The notes: a model not told the origin generated them from the sequence alone. Shown: positions 46,471 through 59,293, counted from the whole stretch's first letter. The stretch: 61,386 bases of DNA, filler included, from 15 parts of 15 records of this genome joined end to end with filler, not necessarily neighbours in it, one strand, 5' to 3'. Numbers and translations: made by a program.

Positions 46471-47532
46471 ACCTGTAGCCCTGCCGTGCTCTGCGTACCG
46501 CTGTCGTCGCCCCGGTACTTTAACTGCGTGTACGCGCGCCGCGGGGCGCCGCGCGCGCCCGGTGTACGCACGTATACAAAGCGCCGGCGATATATACGAT
46601 ATGTACGACGTGTGCGTGCGCGCGCGGGCGCCGCGCGGTTTCGCTTGAATTCTAGAATGAAATCGCCGCGCGATGCTATACATACGATGTACGCGTGCGT
46701 GGGCGGCGCTGTTGTGTTCCGGGTGCCACCATGCTTGGGTTGCTGCACCTCCCNNNNNNNNNNNNNNNNNNNNNNNNNNNNNNNNNNNNNNNNNNNNTTA
46801 ATTAATTAANNNNNNNNNNNNNNNNNNNNNNNNNNNNNNNNNNNNNNNNNNNNCTCCGTCTGTGGATTGAATTCTGACCCAGCCCGTGACGCTCAGCGAG
46901 AGCGCTCATTCTCATCAGATGGTTGACTCGATTGACCGATATGGAAAGACCGACTCGAGTCGATGACCGATTGTGGCGATTGACCGCCATGTGAATGACT
47001 GCGGCCGGCGTGAGCCTGACTCAGCCAAATTTTGCAACCTGGCGCCGGCTTGCGGAACGGCAACCGTTTTGCCGGTATCGGCGCTGCAGTCTGACGCTTC
47101 GGCACCGCAGCCGACTTCATGGAGGCCCACCTACATGTGTGGTACGATTTTTGGAAGCGGGGACCACAAGAGCTATTGGGTTAGACATGTCGCATCAAAA
47201 TGGTGCACATAGCCTTAAAGCGTCAAATTCAGTTGGTACACAACGACCGATTGTCATCTGGTCTGTTCGACCGGAGTTGAGGTGAGTATGCCCTATCGGG
47301 TTAGCTAGTGTCCGAGATATACAGCAGGAGCAACCACCTAGCTATGTGCTCAGCTCAATCCGAGGTCTAGCTAACAGCAACGCCGTGGTGCTCGCACATG
47401 AAGCAAGTGTTACTACGCCTCCGTTGCTTTAGCCCACGTCGACATAATTACCATGGCGATCCGAGGTTGAAAGGACCGATCTCACAAACTTGGAGTACAT
47501 CGGGCGACACGGCCAGTCGTAGCTACAAACGT

Positions 47533-50500
47533 CTAAGGTGACGCCTTTCCCCGCACCATGGCGCAGCCACGTCGCAGCGGTATGTCAAGCAGTGCAGCGC
47601 CATTCCCACGAAGCTCGACTTTCGATCTGGGAAGCGCCGACCACCCTTCATGCGTGCTGCTCGCCTTCAGTTGCTCTTCACCTGTCGCTGCCGTCGAGTG
47701 TTGCCCAAGGCAGTCCATGCTAGCTGCCGTGTGATTGTGGTGTGTCCCTGGCGCGAGTTCAATGCTGCCGCCAGCACCGGTACTGTCGACAGACCAGGTG
47801 ATATTTTGCAGCCAACCGCCGTTACATGTCCAGAGGCATACCTCGCCGCCGTTCGGGCACGGCACTGCTGAGTTGTGGAATTCGACACATAGTGGGGTAC
47901 TAGGCACACTGCTTTCCTGACCGTTGTTCGCAAGCTGAATGTTACGGCAGTTGGTGTCCGCGCAGTCTCCACCATGACTGTGCCCGTCGTTGGTGAATAC
48001 GTACTGCTGCGTGGCCGATCCATCGCACGCTTTCCACGACAGCGCAGCACCAGGTCTAGGCGCAGAAGCTGTCAAGCAGCTAGAGTTTTTGGTCGCAATC
48101 GTGGTCGGTTTTGTCACGCTTGGTATGAAGAGCAACGCTGTCGACGACGAACAGCCAACCATTGCGGCTGGAATAGGCTGGTGTGGCAGCGCAATGTCCC
48201 GAGGGTGTAGTACTTCGAAGGCGTCGCTTTCAGTTTCAGCTGGCAAGTACGCAACGGAGAGCTTCGCTGTTGCCTGACTGCCTCCGAGCATCACCACCCA
48301 TAGTGTCGCGTGGCCAGGTGCATGCAGCTGCTCAAAGACGTTGGCCACTGCGTCGCCACCGGTGACGTTCAGCGCGTGTGGCTTCAGCAACCACGTCACA
48401 CCCTTGAGAGCTGTGAACATCTGTCCATACCTCGAATACAAGGCCACCACCGCAGAATCCGATGCGGAGATCGCGTGGTCAGCTTGAGGGAGAGGTGCCA
48501 TGGGGAAGACTTTCATGTACAGCTGCCGCTGGAAAAAGACATCTGCAACCTCCGCCGATGCGCAGCACTCCGTCTTACTATACGTCCACAGTATGCTAGT
48601 GCTCCGCATTCCAAGCAGACCGTGGGAGTTGAGGGCACCACCTTCGGAGAAACTCCCATCCATCTGCTCCATGAGGCCTAGCTTTGCGAACCCCTGATTG
48701 TTGGTCAGCATCACAGTCGAGTTGATCGCCATCGCTGGACTGCGCGCATTCATCATCTCGCGCAGCTGCTTGGTCGTATCCAGATAGCTACGCTGCATCG
48801 ACCGGGCTGTCCGGTTCCCGATGAAAGAAGCTCCATCGTCACCATCGAAGCTGTACAACACGTTCCAGTCCGCGCGATCGACCACCATGCCTTCAAAATG
48901 GCTGACGTGGTCATACTTGCGACTGAGTTGCGACATGAGATGATGGTTGTACAACGCATCTAGTGGATCCACCACCAAGCCACCCTGCCATGTTCCAATT
49001 GCCTGCCGTTTGCCAGCAATGCGTGGATTCTTGCACCACTGACTGCCACCACAGTCGTAATCAGTGATCACTGCCTCTGGAAAGTTCTGTAAAAGAAACT
49101 CCGTTGAATTGGCCCATGATTTCGCGCTTGATGGGACCGCCCCTCCTGCTGGTACCCCGGAGAAGTTGCATGGGGGTGGCAGCGGGTGATCTTTGACACC
49201 GATCCCACATAGGTTTTCGCCGTACTCAAAGATATTGAAATAACTGAGACCTGCCCAGCCTTCGCGCTGCAACTGGTGGTAGTATGCGTCAATGATTTCG
49301 AAGCTGCAGTTCGCTCGTTGTTGCGACCCCTCGCCGTCATTCAGCCAAAGCTCCCCGACGGCCACTGGCGGAAGAAATTGGCCTGCGTACGGAAAGAAGC
49401 GTCCACTCAGGTCCCTGCCACGCATTGAGCACGCGTAGAACAACGTCTCGTTAAATTGAAGTCTTTAGATTCCAAAAGATACTTTGGTATTATGGATTGA
49501 TTTTGGGCACTGGTTGAATTTTCGCACCAGTTCAGCGCGAAGCCCATCGCTTCAAACATCGGGTCGGTTAGATTGCCCAGGTAGGAGCCGTAGGAGCCCA
49601 GCCCTTCGATCTCTTTGATTCTTGGCGACTGAGGCTCCCAAAAGGACTTATGCTTGTCCACCGTGAACGCAAGGCCATCACGCCAGTCTGCAGCATGAGC
49701 GACGATGTCTGTGTCAAATACGTGTGGCGCAGCGCCGTCGCCAAACCGCAAGTGGTGTCTCGATACAGAGAAACTGGCAGCACCACGACAGTCGCCGATG
49801 TTGGGACACGATGCGCTAGGGGTTCCATTTCTGGCAGGGCCAGACGTGTTGAGGAAGGTCGGGTGGACAGGTGGATTTGCTGGAGAAGAGATGAACGAGA
49901 CTCCGACATCTCGACTTGGGTGAAGCACGGTGGCCATGTCGTGGATAATGTAGTCATGGTCACCCGGGACGGCCAGCGCGCCCAACAAAAAGTTTTGTGA
50001 CCACCAGCTGTATCCTCCGTCGGATGGCAGCAGGGCATTGACGAATTTACTCCCAGTGCAGCACTGCGGGTTGCCACTCCGCTCCCAGGGCAGCCACAGC
50101 TTCTTGTCGGCTGCATCAGCAAATGTGACGTTCATCTGCAGTGCCCGCGTCCAAAATGGCACCGGTACGGACGGTGTGGAGGGAGAACTCGCATTCAGAA
50201 CCCAGCCTACCGAGCTGGGGCGGGGCTCGAAGGTCTCGGTCAGCAGTGCCTGCGTCATCGTGCACGGGACATCACTCCCCTTGATGCAGACGGTGCGCTC
50301 GACGACCACACTGCTCGACAGTTTTCTCACAACCACCTGCAAGGTGATTAGCCCCTCCATCGTAGATCCGGCTGAAACCTGTTGCTTGACTCCGCGTGTG
50401 ACGATAGAGGTGATCACCCCACTAATGCCGTCCACCGAAATGGAGACGGTGCCGTCGTCCGACAGGACTCGCAGCTGGGCACTGGAGCCATCCATAGTGC

Positions 50501-50573
50501 CAGTGCCAGCAGTCGTCGCGATGCCGCTGCTGCGAAGCAGCAGCAGCAGCAAGATCAGCGGCAGCTGCCGCAT
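47533..50573 (-). CDS. Large secreted uncharacterised protein, putative glycoside hydrolase, with inserted ricin-B lectin
   Basis: Signal peptide MRQLPLILLLLLLRSSG. Intron 49415-49527 joins the two long ORFs (..FALNW/DLSGRFFPY..). Motifs ADWRDGL, SYFNIFEYG, GMVVDRADW and FQRQLYMKVFPMAP..DHAI. Ricin-like CLTA..WKACDGSATQQY and CVE..CLWTCNGGWLQN. Confidence 0.75.
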
Positions 50574-51130
50574 CAATGTTGACCAGCGCGCGACCGCTGC
50601 CTCAGCGTGATGCACGCCCGCCGTCCCGGTCCGTCAGCATGCGCATGACGCGTCAGTCTGACCNNNNNNNNNNNNNNNNNNNNNNNNNNNNNNNNNNNNN
50701 NNNNNNNTTAATTAATTAANNNNNNNNNNNNNNNNNNNNNNNNNNNNNNNNNNNNNNNNNNNNGAACGAGCCGAGAGGCATTAAAAGCAAAAAGGGAATC
50801 GATCGAAGGTGAGATCATCCCTCCCGCATCACGCGGCCGGCGCGCGCCCCCGCGCGGGCCGTGGGGCGTGCGTGGCGCGTGGGCCCTCGGACGCCGCGGG
50901 GGTCGGTGGACGGCCCGCGGAATCACGCCGGTATCACGGAATCACGCACCCTCGCGCACCGCAAGACCGCATGCCGTACATCGCGTGATAATACCGCGGG
51001 GTACTCGGCAATGCTGTACTGAGTGCACGCGTGTTCCTGCCTCGTTATCGGGCGGAGCTTCTGGGAGGCTCGGTCCAACGCCGCACTCGCTCGCTGGTAC
51101 CACAGGGCTGTTGCTGGTCCGCGGCTCGCA

Positions 51131-53436
51131 ATGAGCGAGCAGTCCGCTCCGGCAGAGCAGGGGCACGTCAAAGTTGATGGCGCTGCGATGGACGGGGGTG
51201 CAGTAGCGTTGGCCGGGGATGAGCTGGCGCAGGAGAAGGCGAGTACGGATGATGCGGCTGCTCCAGGGATGCGAGGTTCGCTGCTGTGGACCTTCGCGTT
51301 GCCGAAGCAGGTCTGGTTTCTCATGTTGCTTGAGACGCTGGACCACTACCGGCTTGGGCTGCGAATCATGCAGAGTCAATACCTCGTCATGGAGTGGGGC
51401 ATGAGCGACGTGGAGGTAGGCTAGCGCTGGCAGCTGTGCTACTTTCGATGGGACTGTGGCAGGCAGAGCTGCCAATACTTAAACTGATAGTCTCGCTGCG
51501 TTTGATGCTGTAGGCGGGAAATCTACTTGCAGTAAAGGGCGGCATGGATGTAGTCTTCGGTATTATGGGCAGTATGGTCTGCGACCGCATTGGCGTCCGC
51601 AAAACTGCCATCATTGGGCTGTCGATCGGGCTGCCGGGCCGCTTTATTTGGTCATTCTCCACCAGTCACGATTTGCTCAAACTCGCGTGCTTCTTCTTCT
51701 CTCCATGTGGAGAAGCTCTGATTGCCACAGGAGTGTACAAAGTGGCGCTGAAGCGGATGACTACCCCGCGGGTCCGTCCGTTTGCCTACGCCATTCAGTA
51801 CTCTGTTTTCAATGGCGCCGCGGGGCTGGCTGATGTAGCTATCGACTTGTTCCGTGAGCGCGATGACATTGAGCTGTGGGGTATCCACATGACCGGATCG
51901 CGGCAGTTTGTTGTCTCGACGTTCTTTGTCATGATCCTCTGCCTCGTTGTGGTCGTGATTGGTCTACATGATGAGACCTGTACTGATGTGACCGATCCGG
52001 AACAAGAAGAAGACCACCTGCCTGACGATGCACCTGCCGAGCCGCACGACCTGCAGCAGCAAAAGCCGGGAGAGGAGCCCTCATCAGCACCTGACGCTGA
52101 GCACGAGGGGATAGTGCTAGAAAAGCAAATGGCAACAATGCCGTTTGGCCAGTTCTTGGCCAAGCTGCCAGAATACCACCGGAAGACAACCGCGCGCTAC
52201 GTCTTCAAACCAACCGTGCTGAACAAGGACAATATCTTCTCAAACTTCAACGAGGTTATTCGGATGCGTAAGCTTTGGATGGTTATCATGGCATCTGCAT
52301 GCACTTTCTTTGTTGGCCTGCAGTGGGGTTTCTCGGAGACCTTGATGCCACAGTTCCTGACGCGGGAGTACGGTGAAGGTGAAGAAGGCGCGCGTTACGT
52401 TTACCGCATTCACTCCATCAATCTGTGGGGATGTGTTATCGGGCCGCCACTGGTAGCGGCTTTGTCTGGCCACCTTGAAGCCTTTGGTGTGCTTATGCCT
52501 GGACTCTGGGTAATGGCGGCAGCGCCGATATTTGTAATTCTGTTCCCGAACGTGTTTGGGTTCGTTATGTGGGAGATTATCTTTACTGCTGGAGAGTGTA
52601 TGTGGTCTCCCCGCCTCATCGCGTGGCTCATCACGCTCGCACCGACAGGGCGTGAAGGTCTCTTCATAGCAATTTCTCAGGGTAAGGATCTGATCTTGGA
52701 TCCTTTGAAGAGCATTCTCGGCGGCAACATCAACGAGTGGTTTATGCCTAAGTGCGAAGAATGCTGGGACAAGTATGGCCACTTCTGTAGCGAGCTGAAG
52801 TAAGCTGTTGCTGAATGTCCCACTTTGTTCGTCAACCCTCTGAGTATTGTATTTACAGTGATTAACGCTTCGTGCCGGTTTGCGGCCGCTGCTGTTGATT
52901 TTGTCTTCGACAGCGCCGCGAATCAAACGTGCTCGTCACAGAACGGCGCCTGTCCGCCCCCGGCTGCTGGATGGATGTCGGCAGATGGGGTCGGTCTAGA
53001 GCTCGAATATAATTTAATGCCCGAGGTGCTGTGCCCACAGAGCTGTCACCAATGTCCTGGATGGGAACTTAAGGCGGAGCCAGAGGCCGAATGGATCACA
53101 GTGCAAGCCATTACGTTGATGAGCCCAGTACTCTTCTGGGTTTTCCTGCCATTCATCCGCGGCGAAGGCAGCAAAGCAACTCTCTACGACATCTTCGTTT
53201 GCAACGCGCGCAGGCTGTACGCAAGCGAACTTGCTGCACATGCCCTTGTTCTAATGTCTGTAGTTCTCTCCATTGGATGGTCACATATTGTTACGCGAGC
53301 ATGAACATCCGTCTGCCGTTCTATCAGGGGAGGTATCTGTGGTGCAGAAAGCAAAGGGACGCAAGAAGAAGGAGAACTCGGTGGCAACTTGCTTGCTGAC
53401 GGGGCTGGTGGTGATAGTGGCGTTAGTCCGCTGTAG
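51131..53436 (+). CDS. MFS transporter with a Cys-rich loop before the last TM
   Basis: MFS motif A GSMVCDRIGVRK and multiple TM helices. Introns 51416-51513, ~52800-52913 and ~53217-53327. Ends ..GVSPL* at 53436. Confidence 0.85.
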
Positions 53437-53905
53437 GCTACTCGTGCAGCCGGCCTGTGCCTCGATCGGCCATAAAATGATCGTTGGCAGCGGTTGACGT
53501 GTTCTTTTGCGAAGGCTCACGCAAGTTCGAAGACTAGGAGCTCTCCACACAGGAACTACATGTAGCCACTGCACTGTTCGTTCATTCACACCCCAGCGGC
53601 AGTTCGCATTGCTTTCCTTCCAACTGCTTTCCAAACCAAGCCAGGCGTACCAGGCCGATGTGGATCGGCCATGCCCGAATATGGCCTGCCTGCCGCTCAC
53701 TGGCAGAGCAATTGGCCGGTGGTACAGGCCGGCTTTGTCAGATAGACTTGAGGTCGCCGGACGCAGCAACGCAGGGACAGACGTGCGTCACGTTGCCGCA
53801 CCCTGTAGTGTTCGGTGCCCATCGCACGGGTCACACTTCACGCCTGTGATGTTGTCGCATGCGATCACTCCACGGACCGACATAGAGTGATTTGCGAAGT
53901 AGCAG

Positions 53906-53932
53906 TGATATAGGGCATAAGGCCTTATGCCC
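53906..53932. repeat. Palindromic element, copy B (truncated by contig end)
   Basis: TGATATA-GGGCATAAGGCCTTATGCCC, a perfect 20-bp palindrome at 53913-53932. The assembly breaks here. Confidence 0.85.
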
Positions 53933-54032
53933 NNNNNNNNNNNNNNNNNNNNNNNNNNNNNNNNNNNNNNNNNNNNTTAATTAATTAANNNNNNNNNNNN
54001 NNNNNNNNNNNNNNNNNNNNNNNNNNNNNNNN

Positions 54033-57000
54033 GCTGCTGCTGCCGCTGCTGCTGCTGCTGCATCCATTGCTGTCGCTCCTGCTGTGTCAGCGTCGACTGG
54101 TGCTGCGTGTAGTGCTGCTCGGTAGAAGGATGCAAGCGCGAGCGCTCCCAGCTCTGGAGGAGAAGCTCGTTGGCCACCTCCTCCTGCACCATGGCAGCAA
54201 CGGCAGCAGCCTGTTCGTCCTCCTGTGCAGGCAGAGAACAAGGGCCTGCAGCAGAGTCCAAAACCGATGCCTTGCCTTGCAAAAATTCGGCTTCAGTGAT
54301 TATGCCTTCCCTTCGCAAGGAGGCTAGCTGCCGGATCTCGCTAGTGATGTCCGAGTAGTTGTCAAGTGAGGTACTAGCTAAGGGTGGTACGGGTTCTGCA
54401 ACTTGTTGATACTGCGGTGCTTGCTGCGGTGGGTTGCCCACAGGCGGCACAGCTTCAGTTGGCATCACTTGGTGGCTACCGCGCACAGTGTGCGCAGCAG
54501 CCACCATCGACTTCGCATTAGCCAGTGCCTGCGATGCCGACGCGCGCTCCCTCTTGAGGTCTTCCTCTAATTCATGGAGCTTGGCGCGTGTATGGACGCG
54601 GTCTCGATCCATCTCATCAGTCGAAGTGCGGAGTTTGGTCTGCATGGCCGCTACCTCGTCCTCTGCTGTTGCCAACGCCTGCCTTACTTTGCGTATCTCT
54701 GCTTCAGCATGATCTTCCGCTTGTTGCACCATAGCAGCTGACGCACGTTTTGCCGCCGCTACGCGTTGTCGCAGCTCCTCTTCCAAGCTTGAACTCTCTG
54801 CCAGTGCGGATTTCAGCTTCCGTATCTCCTTTCGATCTGCGTTGTGGCCCTCCTGCTGAGCTGCTGCCTCATCTCTTACACGATTCAGCTCTGACTTGCA
54901 CTTTGACAACGCTTGTGAAGCCGACTCCGTGGCACGTGCAGCATTTTCCCGCTCTCTCTTAACGGCCTCCGCGCTGCTTTGCACTGTCGCTGCAAGCTGC
55001 GCTTCCGCTTCGCGAAGTGCTGGTGTGTTGTCTATGAGCTGCAGCTGTTTATAATCAGCTCGTAATGAGGAAAGGTCACGCTCGGCAGCATCCAATCGGT
55101 CCTGCAAGAACAGCCTCTCCGAATCAGCGCGCTTGGAATCTGCCTGTGCCTGCTCAAGCTGCAGCTTCAGCTGTGGCACTTCGTGCACCTGCTGCTGCAG
55201 CTGTTCGTGCAACTTCTGATAGTCGGCGCTCAGCGAGGAGATTTGCCGGTCGGCGCTCTCTACTTGTTCCTGCAGCAAAATTTTTCCCGACGCTGCACGC
55301 TTAGCTTCTGCCTCTGCTTGTTGGACCTGAAACCGCAGCTGTTGTGTTTCCATGCTATCCAGATGTTGTGCATGTGAAGAGAGGGCCGTGCCATCACCGA
55401 TTTGCTGTGGTTGATATCCCACCTGCTGGCGTCTTCGTTCATACTCGTCAGCAAGCTGCCGAATTTTCGTGTCGTAATCGTAGCGCATCGCTTTGTACCT
55501 GGATTCCTCCTGCACGGCATATTGATCGAATTCCAGCTTGGCACGCTTAAGCTCAGTCTCCCCTGCCGTTTCACTCAGCGTCAACTGTTGCCTTACCGAA
55601 CGGAGCTCTGCGTCAGCCTCATCCTCCCGCTGTGTCCGAGCTGAGACTACCTCTTTCTGCGTGTCTTGAAGCTCTGTTCGTGTTTCTGCAAGCTCGCTTT
55701 TCAGCTGGTCATCTCGGATCCGTACCTGGTGTAGTTGCAGCTCCTCTGTGCGTCTGGTTGCCTCAGCGAGCTGCTGCTGCAACGACTTGACCTTAAAATC
55801 GTGTCCCCCCATTGAATCGGCAACACTTGAAGTCACACGTTGCAGCTCCGCAACCGCATGATCCTTCTCACTCTTCAGCCTGGTCATCTGGTGTTCTGCT
55901 GCATCTGCACGCTGACGCTGTCGGTCGGCCTCCTCACTCAGTGTTACTATCTCACTACCCAACGCTTCAGAAGAAGATTTTGTCTGCAAGTCCTGCACGA
56001 GCTCCTCATTCCTTGCGCGCAGATCCTCATTCTCCCGCTGAGAAGACTGTAGTTCCAACTGTAGCGTCATAGCTCTGTCCTCGGTTCGACGCAGCACCTC
56101 TTTCAACCGCTGCAGTTCAGATCGCATCTGTTCTTCAACAAAACCGCCGCGATCAAACTGTGGTGAAACTGTCCCAGTCGAAGTGGAGTCGTCGTCCGTG
56201 TCGCTGGCTTCTGTCACTTTCAGCGAATCTGGTAAGGCGCGTGCATTTTCCACGACATTGGGGTGGGCCTTGACTGTCTCGTGCTCGTCTGTGGCGGCCA
56301 TCCTTGGAGCCTTCACTGTTGCCGATACATCGCTGTCCCGCTGTAGTCTGTTCTGATTGTGTTCATCGGAAGCTAGCATCTTTGCCTCTGCAACCTGCTC
56401 AGAAGCCATCACCTGCTCCAGATTTGCAATTGAGACATCTGCTTTGGCCGCATTCCTCGTCAGCACACCACGCTGCTTCTCGTTTGTATCAGCATCATCT
56501 GCTAGAGCCTTGCTGCGCCTGCTGGCCTGCATGAGCTGGACCAGCGCATCAAACTCTCTGCCCGACTGCTTCTCAAGCCTTAGTCCAGCCTGCACCTCCT
56601 TGACAGCAGCCTTGACTGCTGTGCCAGCTATGCCTCCACCACCAGCTGCACTGGAAGACAGCGACGTCGATGCCAGCGCCATCGTATGGTGTGGTGTAGG
56701 TGTCTGCACTGTTTCCAGCACCGGCTCCAGCTGCACCGCTGCATGCATCGCAGCTGCATCCACAGCCACATCCTCCTGACTCATCGTCTTCGCTATCTTC
56801 TCTTCCAAACCCAGCGCATCTGTGTTAAGCGGCTCAACCGCAAGTGCCTCGGGCTTCGGTTCAGGCTCGAGCTCGGGTTTCGGTTCAGGCTCGGCCTCGG
56901 CCTCGGCCGGTCGCAGCTTCTCGCCACGTTTGCGCCTCGCCGCCGCCACAGCTGCGTGTTGTTCTGCCGCCGCAGCCGCAATTACTAATTGCGCCTCATT

Positions 57001-57787
57001 AGCCTGTGTGTCAGAGCTGGGCTCTGGTTCCAGCTGTGGCTCTGTCTCTGATGCCAGTTGATGCTGTAATTGCGGCTCCAATTTCATGTCCAACGCGGGC
57101 TCCGGCTCCAGCTTTCGTATCGGAGCAGCAGGTCGAACACTCTGTTCATTTGGACCACCTGCCTGCATTAGCTCCGGTTCACTTCTCTGTGCGATCTGTG
57201 CCGCCTTGGTGTCAGCTGCTGATTCTACATAATCTGGTATTGGTAAAGACGAAGCTGGATTCAGTCCAGCGTTTGACTGTGCTGCTGCAACAGTATCACC
57301 CAGTACTTGTTGCGTTGGTTCTGACGCTATGGCAGTGTCTAACGCTGCAACAGGCGCAGGTGCCCGACGTTCCGCCAGTACGGGTGCTGATGCTCTTTCC
57401 ACTTGGCTGCTTGGCCCAGGTGGTGGAGGGAGAGGTCGATCGTCATTTCGAGTCGGCTGGAATACCTCTGCTGTCGCAGCTTCTTCACGAGCTGGCAGTG
57501 GCAACGTGTTCACCGGCGGCACTGCGTCACGAGGTGGCAGCGCTGGGGTCGGTTCCTTCTCAACAAAAACTGTTTCCGCGTAAGGGTCAAAAAGAGCGTC
57601 CGTCTCTGTGGTTGCCATGTCTAAGCCTGACTCTGCCACTCCTTCCGGAACAGTCTCAAGTGACCCGATCGAACTATATGTCTCCGGGCCAGGCACCGGT
57701 GGCGGAAAATTGTGTTCTTCCATGAAGCTTTCGAAATCCTCGTCGTCGCTGTCGACCTCTGGTACCTGCGCAACGGGCACCAGATCC
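54033..57787 (-). CDS. Large low-complexity/coiled-coil protein with SHOCT-like domain; partial at both ends
   Basis: Frame open across the whole contig. Pro/Glu-rich N-part with PEP repeats, a long heptad region, EIRQLASLRREGIITEAEFLQGKASVL (SHOCT) and polyQ at the contig end. Confidence 0.8.
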
Positions 57788-57950
57788 NNNNNNNNNNNNN
57801 NNNNNNNNNNNNNNNNNNNNNNNNNNNNNNNTTAATTAATTAANNNNNNNNNNNNNNNNNNNNNNNNNNNNNNNNNNNNNNNNNNNNGGCAGCGTCCCGC
57901 CGGTCCTACCCCTGCCACCCCCTAGTTTCTGCATGATCCAGTGACCTAAT

Positions 57951-57986
57951 TGACGCCGGGCATAAGGGGTCCTATGCCCTCTGTCA
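57951..57986. repeat. Palindromic element, copy C
   Basis: TGAC-gcc-GGGCATAAGG-ggt-CCTATGCCC-tct-GTCA. Confidence 0.8.
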
Positions 57987-58589
57987 CGCTACGCCGACAT
58001 AATGCTCGGCAATAGCCGGGCAAAAAGGGCATCATGGTTTTCGCAATCGTGTATGTCACCCCTCGTTTGTATCCACGGTAGGGGTGCACAAGTCAGAGTG
58101 TCCCGGATCGCGAGAAAACATGCGGGGATCTCAGGTCCCAAGAACAGATAGCGATCCCGACAAGTAGCACTCAAAAGTTGGCGAACCTGGGAGGGGGTCG
58201 GAAGTTGTAGCCAAATTGGGAAGAGAACCACAGGTTTATTGCTTAGAACTGCCAAAGTTGTCAACAAGAGTTTCAGTTTTGCACTTTAGGGTAAATACGA
58301 TTGTCGCAACCTGGGCACTCCCTATCGAATAGACCTTAAGACGTGACATACTCCATGGATAGTACGCGTGTACCACTGTACCTGCTGGGTACACTAACTG
58401 CGTGTAGGCGCGCGTGTAGGGAAAGGGATATATCCCTAGCCCGAGTAGGACGCAGGACGTCGGTTCCTACTACGGGTAGGCCCTAGGGCTACGTAGTTAG
58501 TATCTAGCTAGGTTACGCGCGTGCTGCTGGCGCAGTACTGTAGCGCGCTGTACGTCACTGTCATACGTACCGTACACCGGATCGACTCT

Positions 58590-59293
58590 ATGGCCTCGCT
58601 CGGCCGGCTTGTCTTCGTCGCTGCCCTCTGCTGGCTGCCCTGTAGTGGGCTGGGGCTGAAGGAGCTCAAAGACAAGACACTTCAACCTGACGGTCGGCCA
58701 CCACCGGCGTTCTCAGCGGCACGGCACAAAACCACTACCGAGATGGAGAAGGTACCGACTCCGACAAAAAAATCGTTCTCTGAACCACTCATCAATTTCG
58801 TGTAGGAATCCTGTGCCGTTTTGACGACTACACCAGGTACTGGCAACCGCGGAAGGCGATGAGGAGAAGCGGCTGGAGCTGGTCAACGCTGAGTGGGGCA
58901 ACAAGCACCCGATCGACATAGCGGTGATGAATGGTGCAGCGGACGTGGTTCGACTGCTGATTGACGCTGGGGCACAGCTGCATAACCCTGGCGCGAGTAC
59001 GCAAACAACTATTATCACATCTTCTGCTGACTCTCACCAGCTGCCTGGGGCTAACGCTCATGCCCGAACTCTGCGCGTACGTAGATGGTCAGCCTCCGCT
59101 GCATCTGGCAGCGTGGAAAGGACACAGCGAGTTGGTAAAGATGCTCCTTGCGGCGGGAGCGGACCCTCTCGCCAAAAACAAGCACGGAGAGACTGCAGCA
59201 CAGGTCGCAGAGGCTAGCAAAACTGGGACTCAGGAGACAATAGACTTAATTGCAGCACACATCGACGGCCAAGTAAATAAGGAAGATCTTTGA
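58590..59293 (+). CDS. Small ankyrin-repeat protein with signal peptide and C-terminal KEDL
   Basis: [22 protein letters not shown]. Introns 58752-58836 and ~58997-59084. Ankyrin repeats [23 protein letters not shown] and [34 protein letters not shown]. Ends VNKEDL*. Confidence 0.85.

Noticed and set aside
46854-47285. Short ORFs at a contig start
   Set aside because: No recognisable motif or consistent exon structure; cannot be called.
35277-50573. Apparent polysaccharide-utilisation gene cluster (GH78, AI-2E, esterase, unknown GH)
   Set aside because: The genes lie on four different contigs separated by linkers, so the order is arbitrary.
57987-58330. Possible transposon remnant next to palindrome copy C (7-bp stem CACCCCT/AGGGGTG)
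   Set aside because: No transposase similarity, defined termini or second copy in the window.
58990-59084. Possible GC-AG intron in the ankyrin gene
   Set aside because: A canonical phase-compatible GT donor (A|gtacgc) six bases downstream explains the join.
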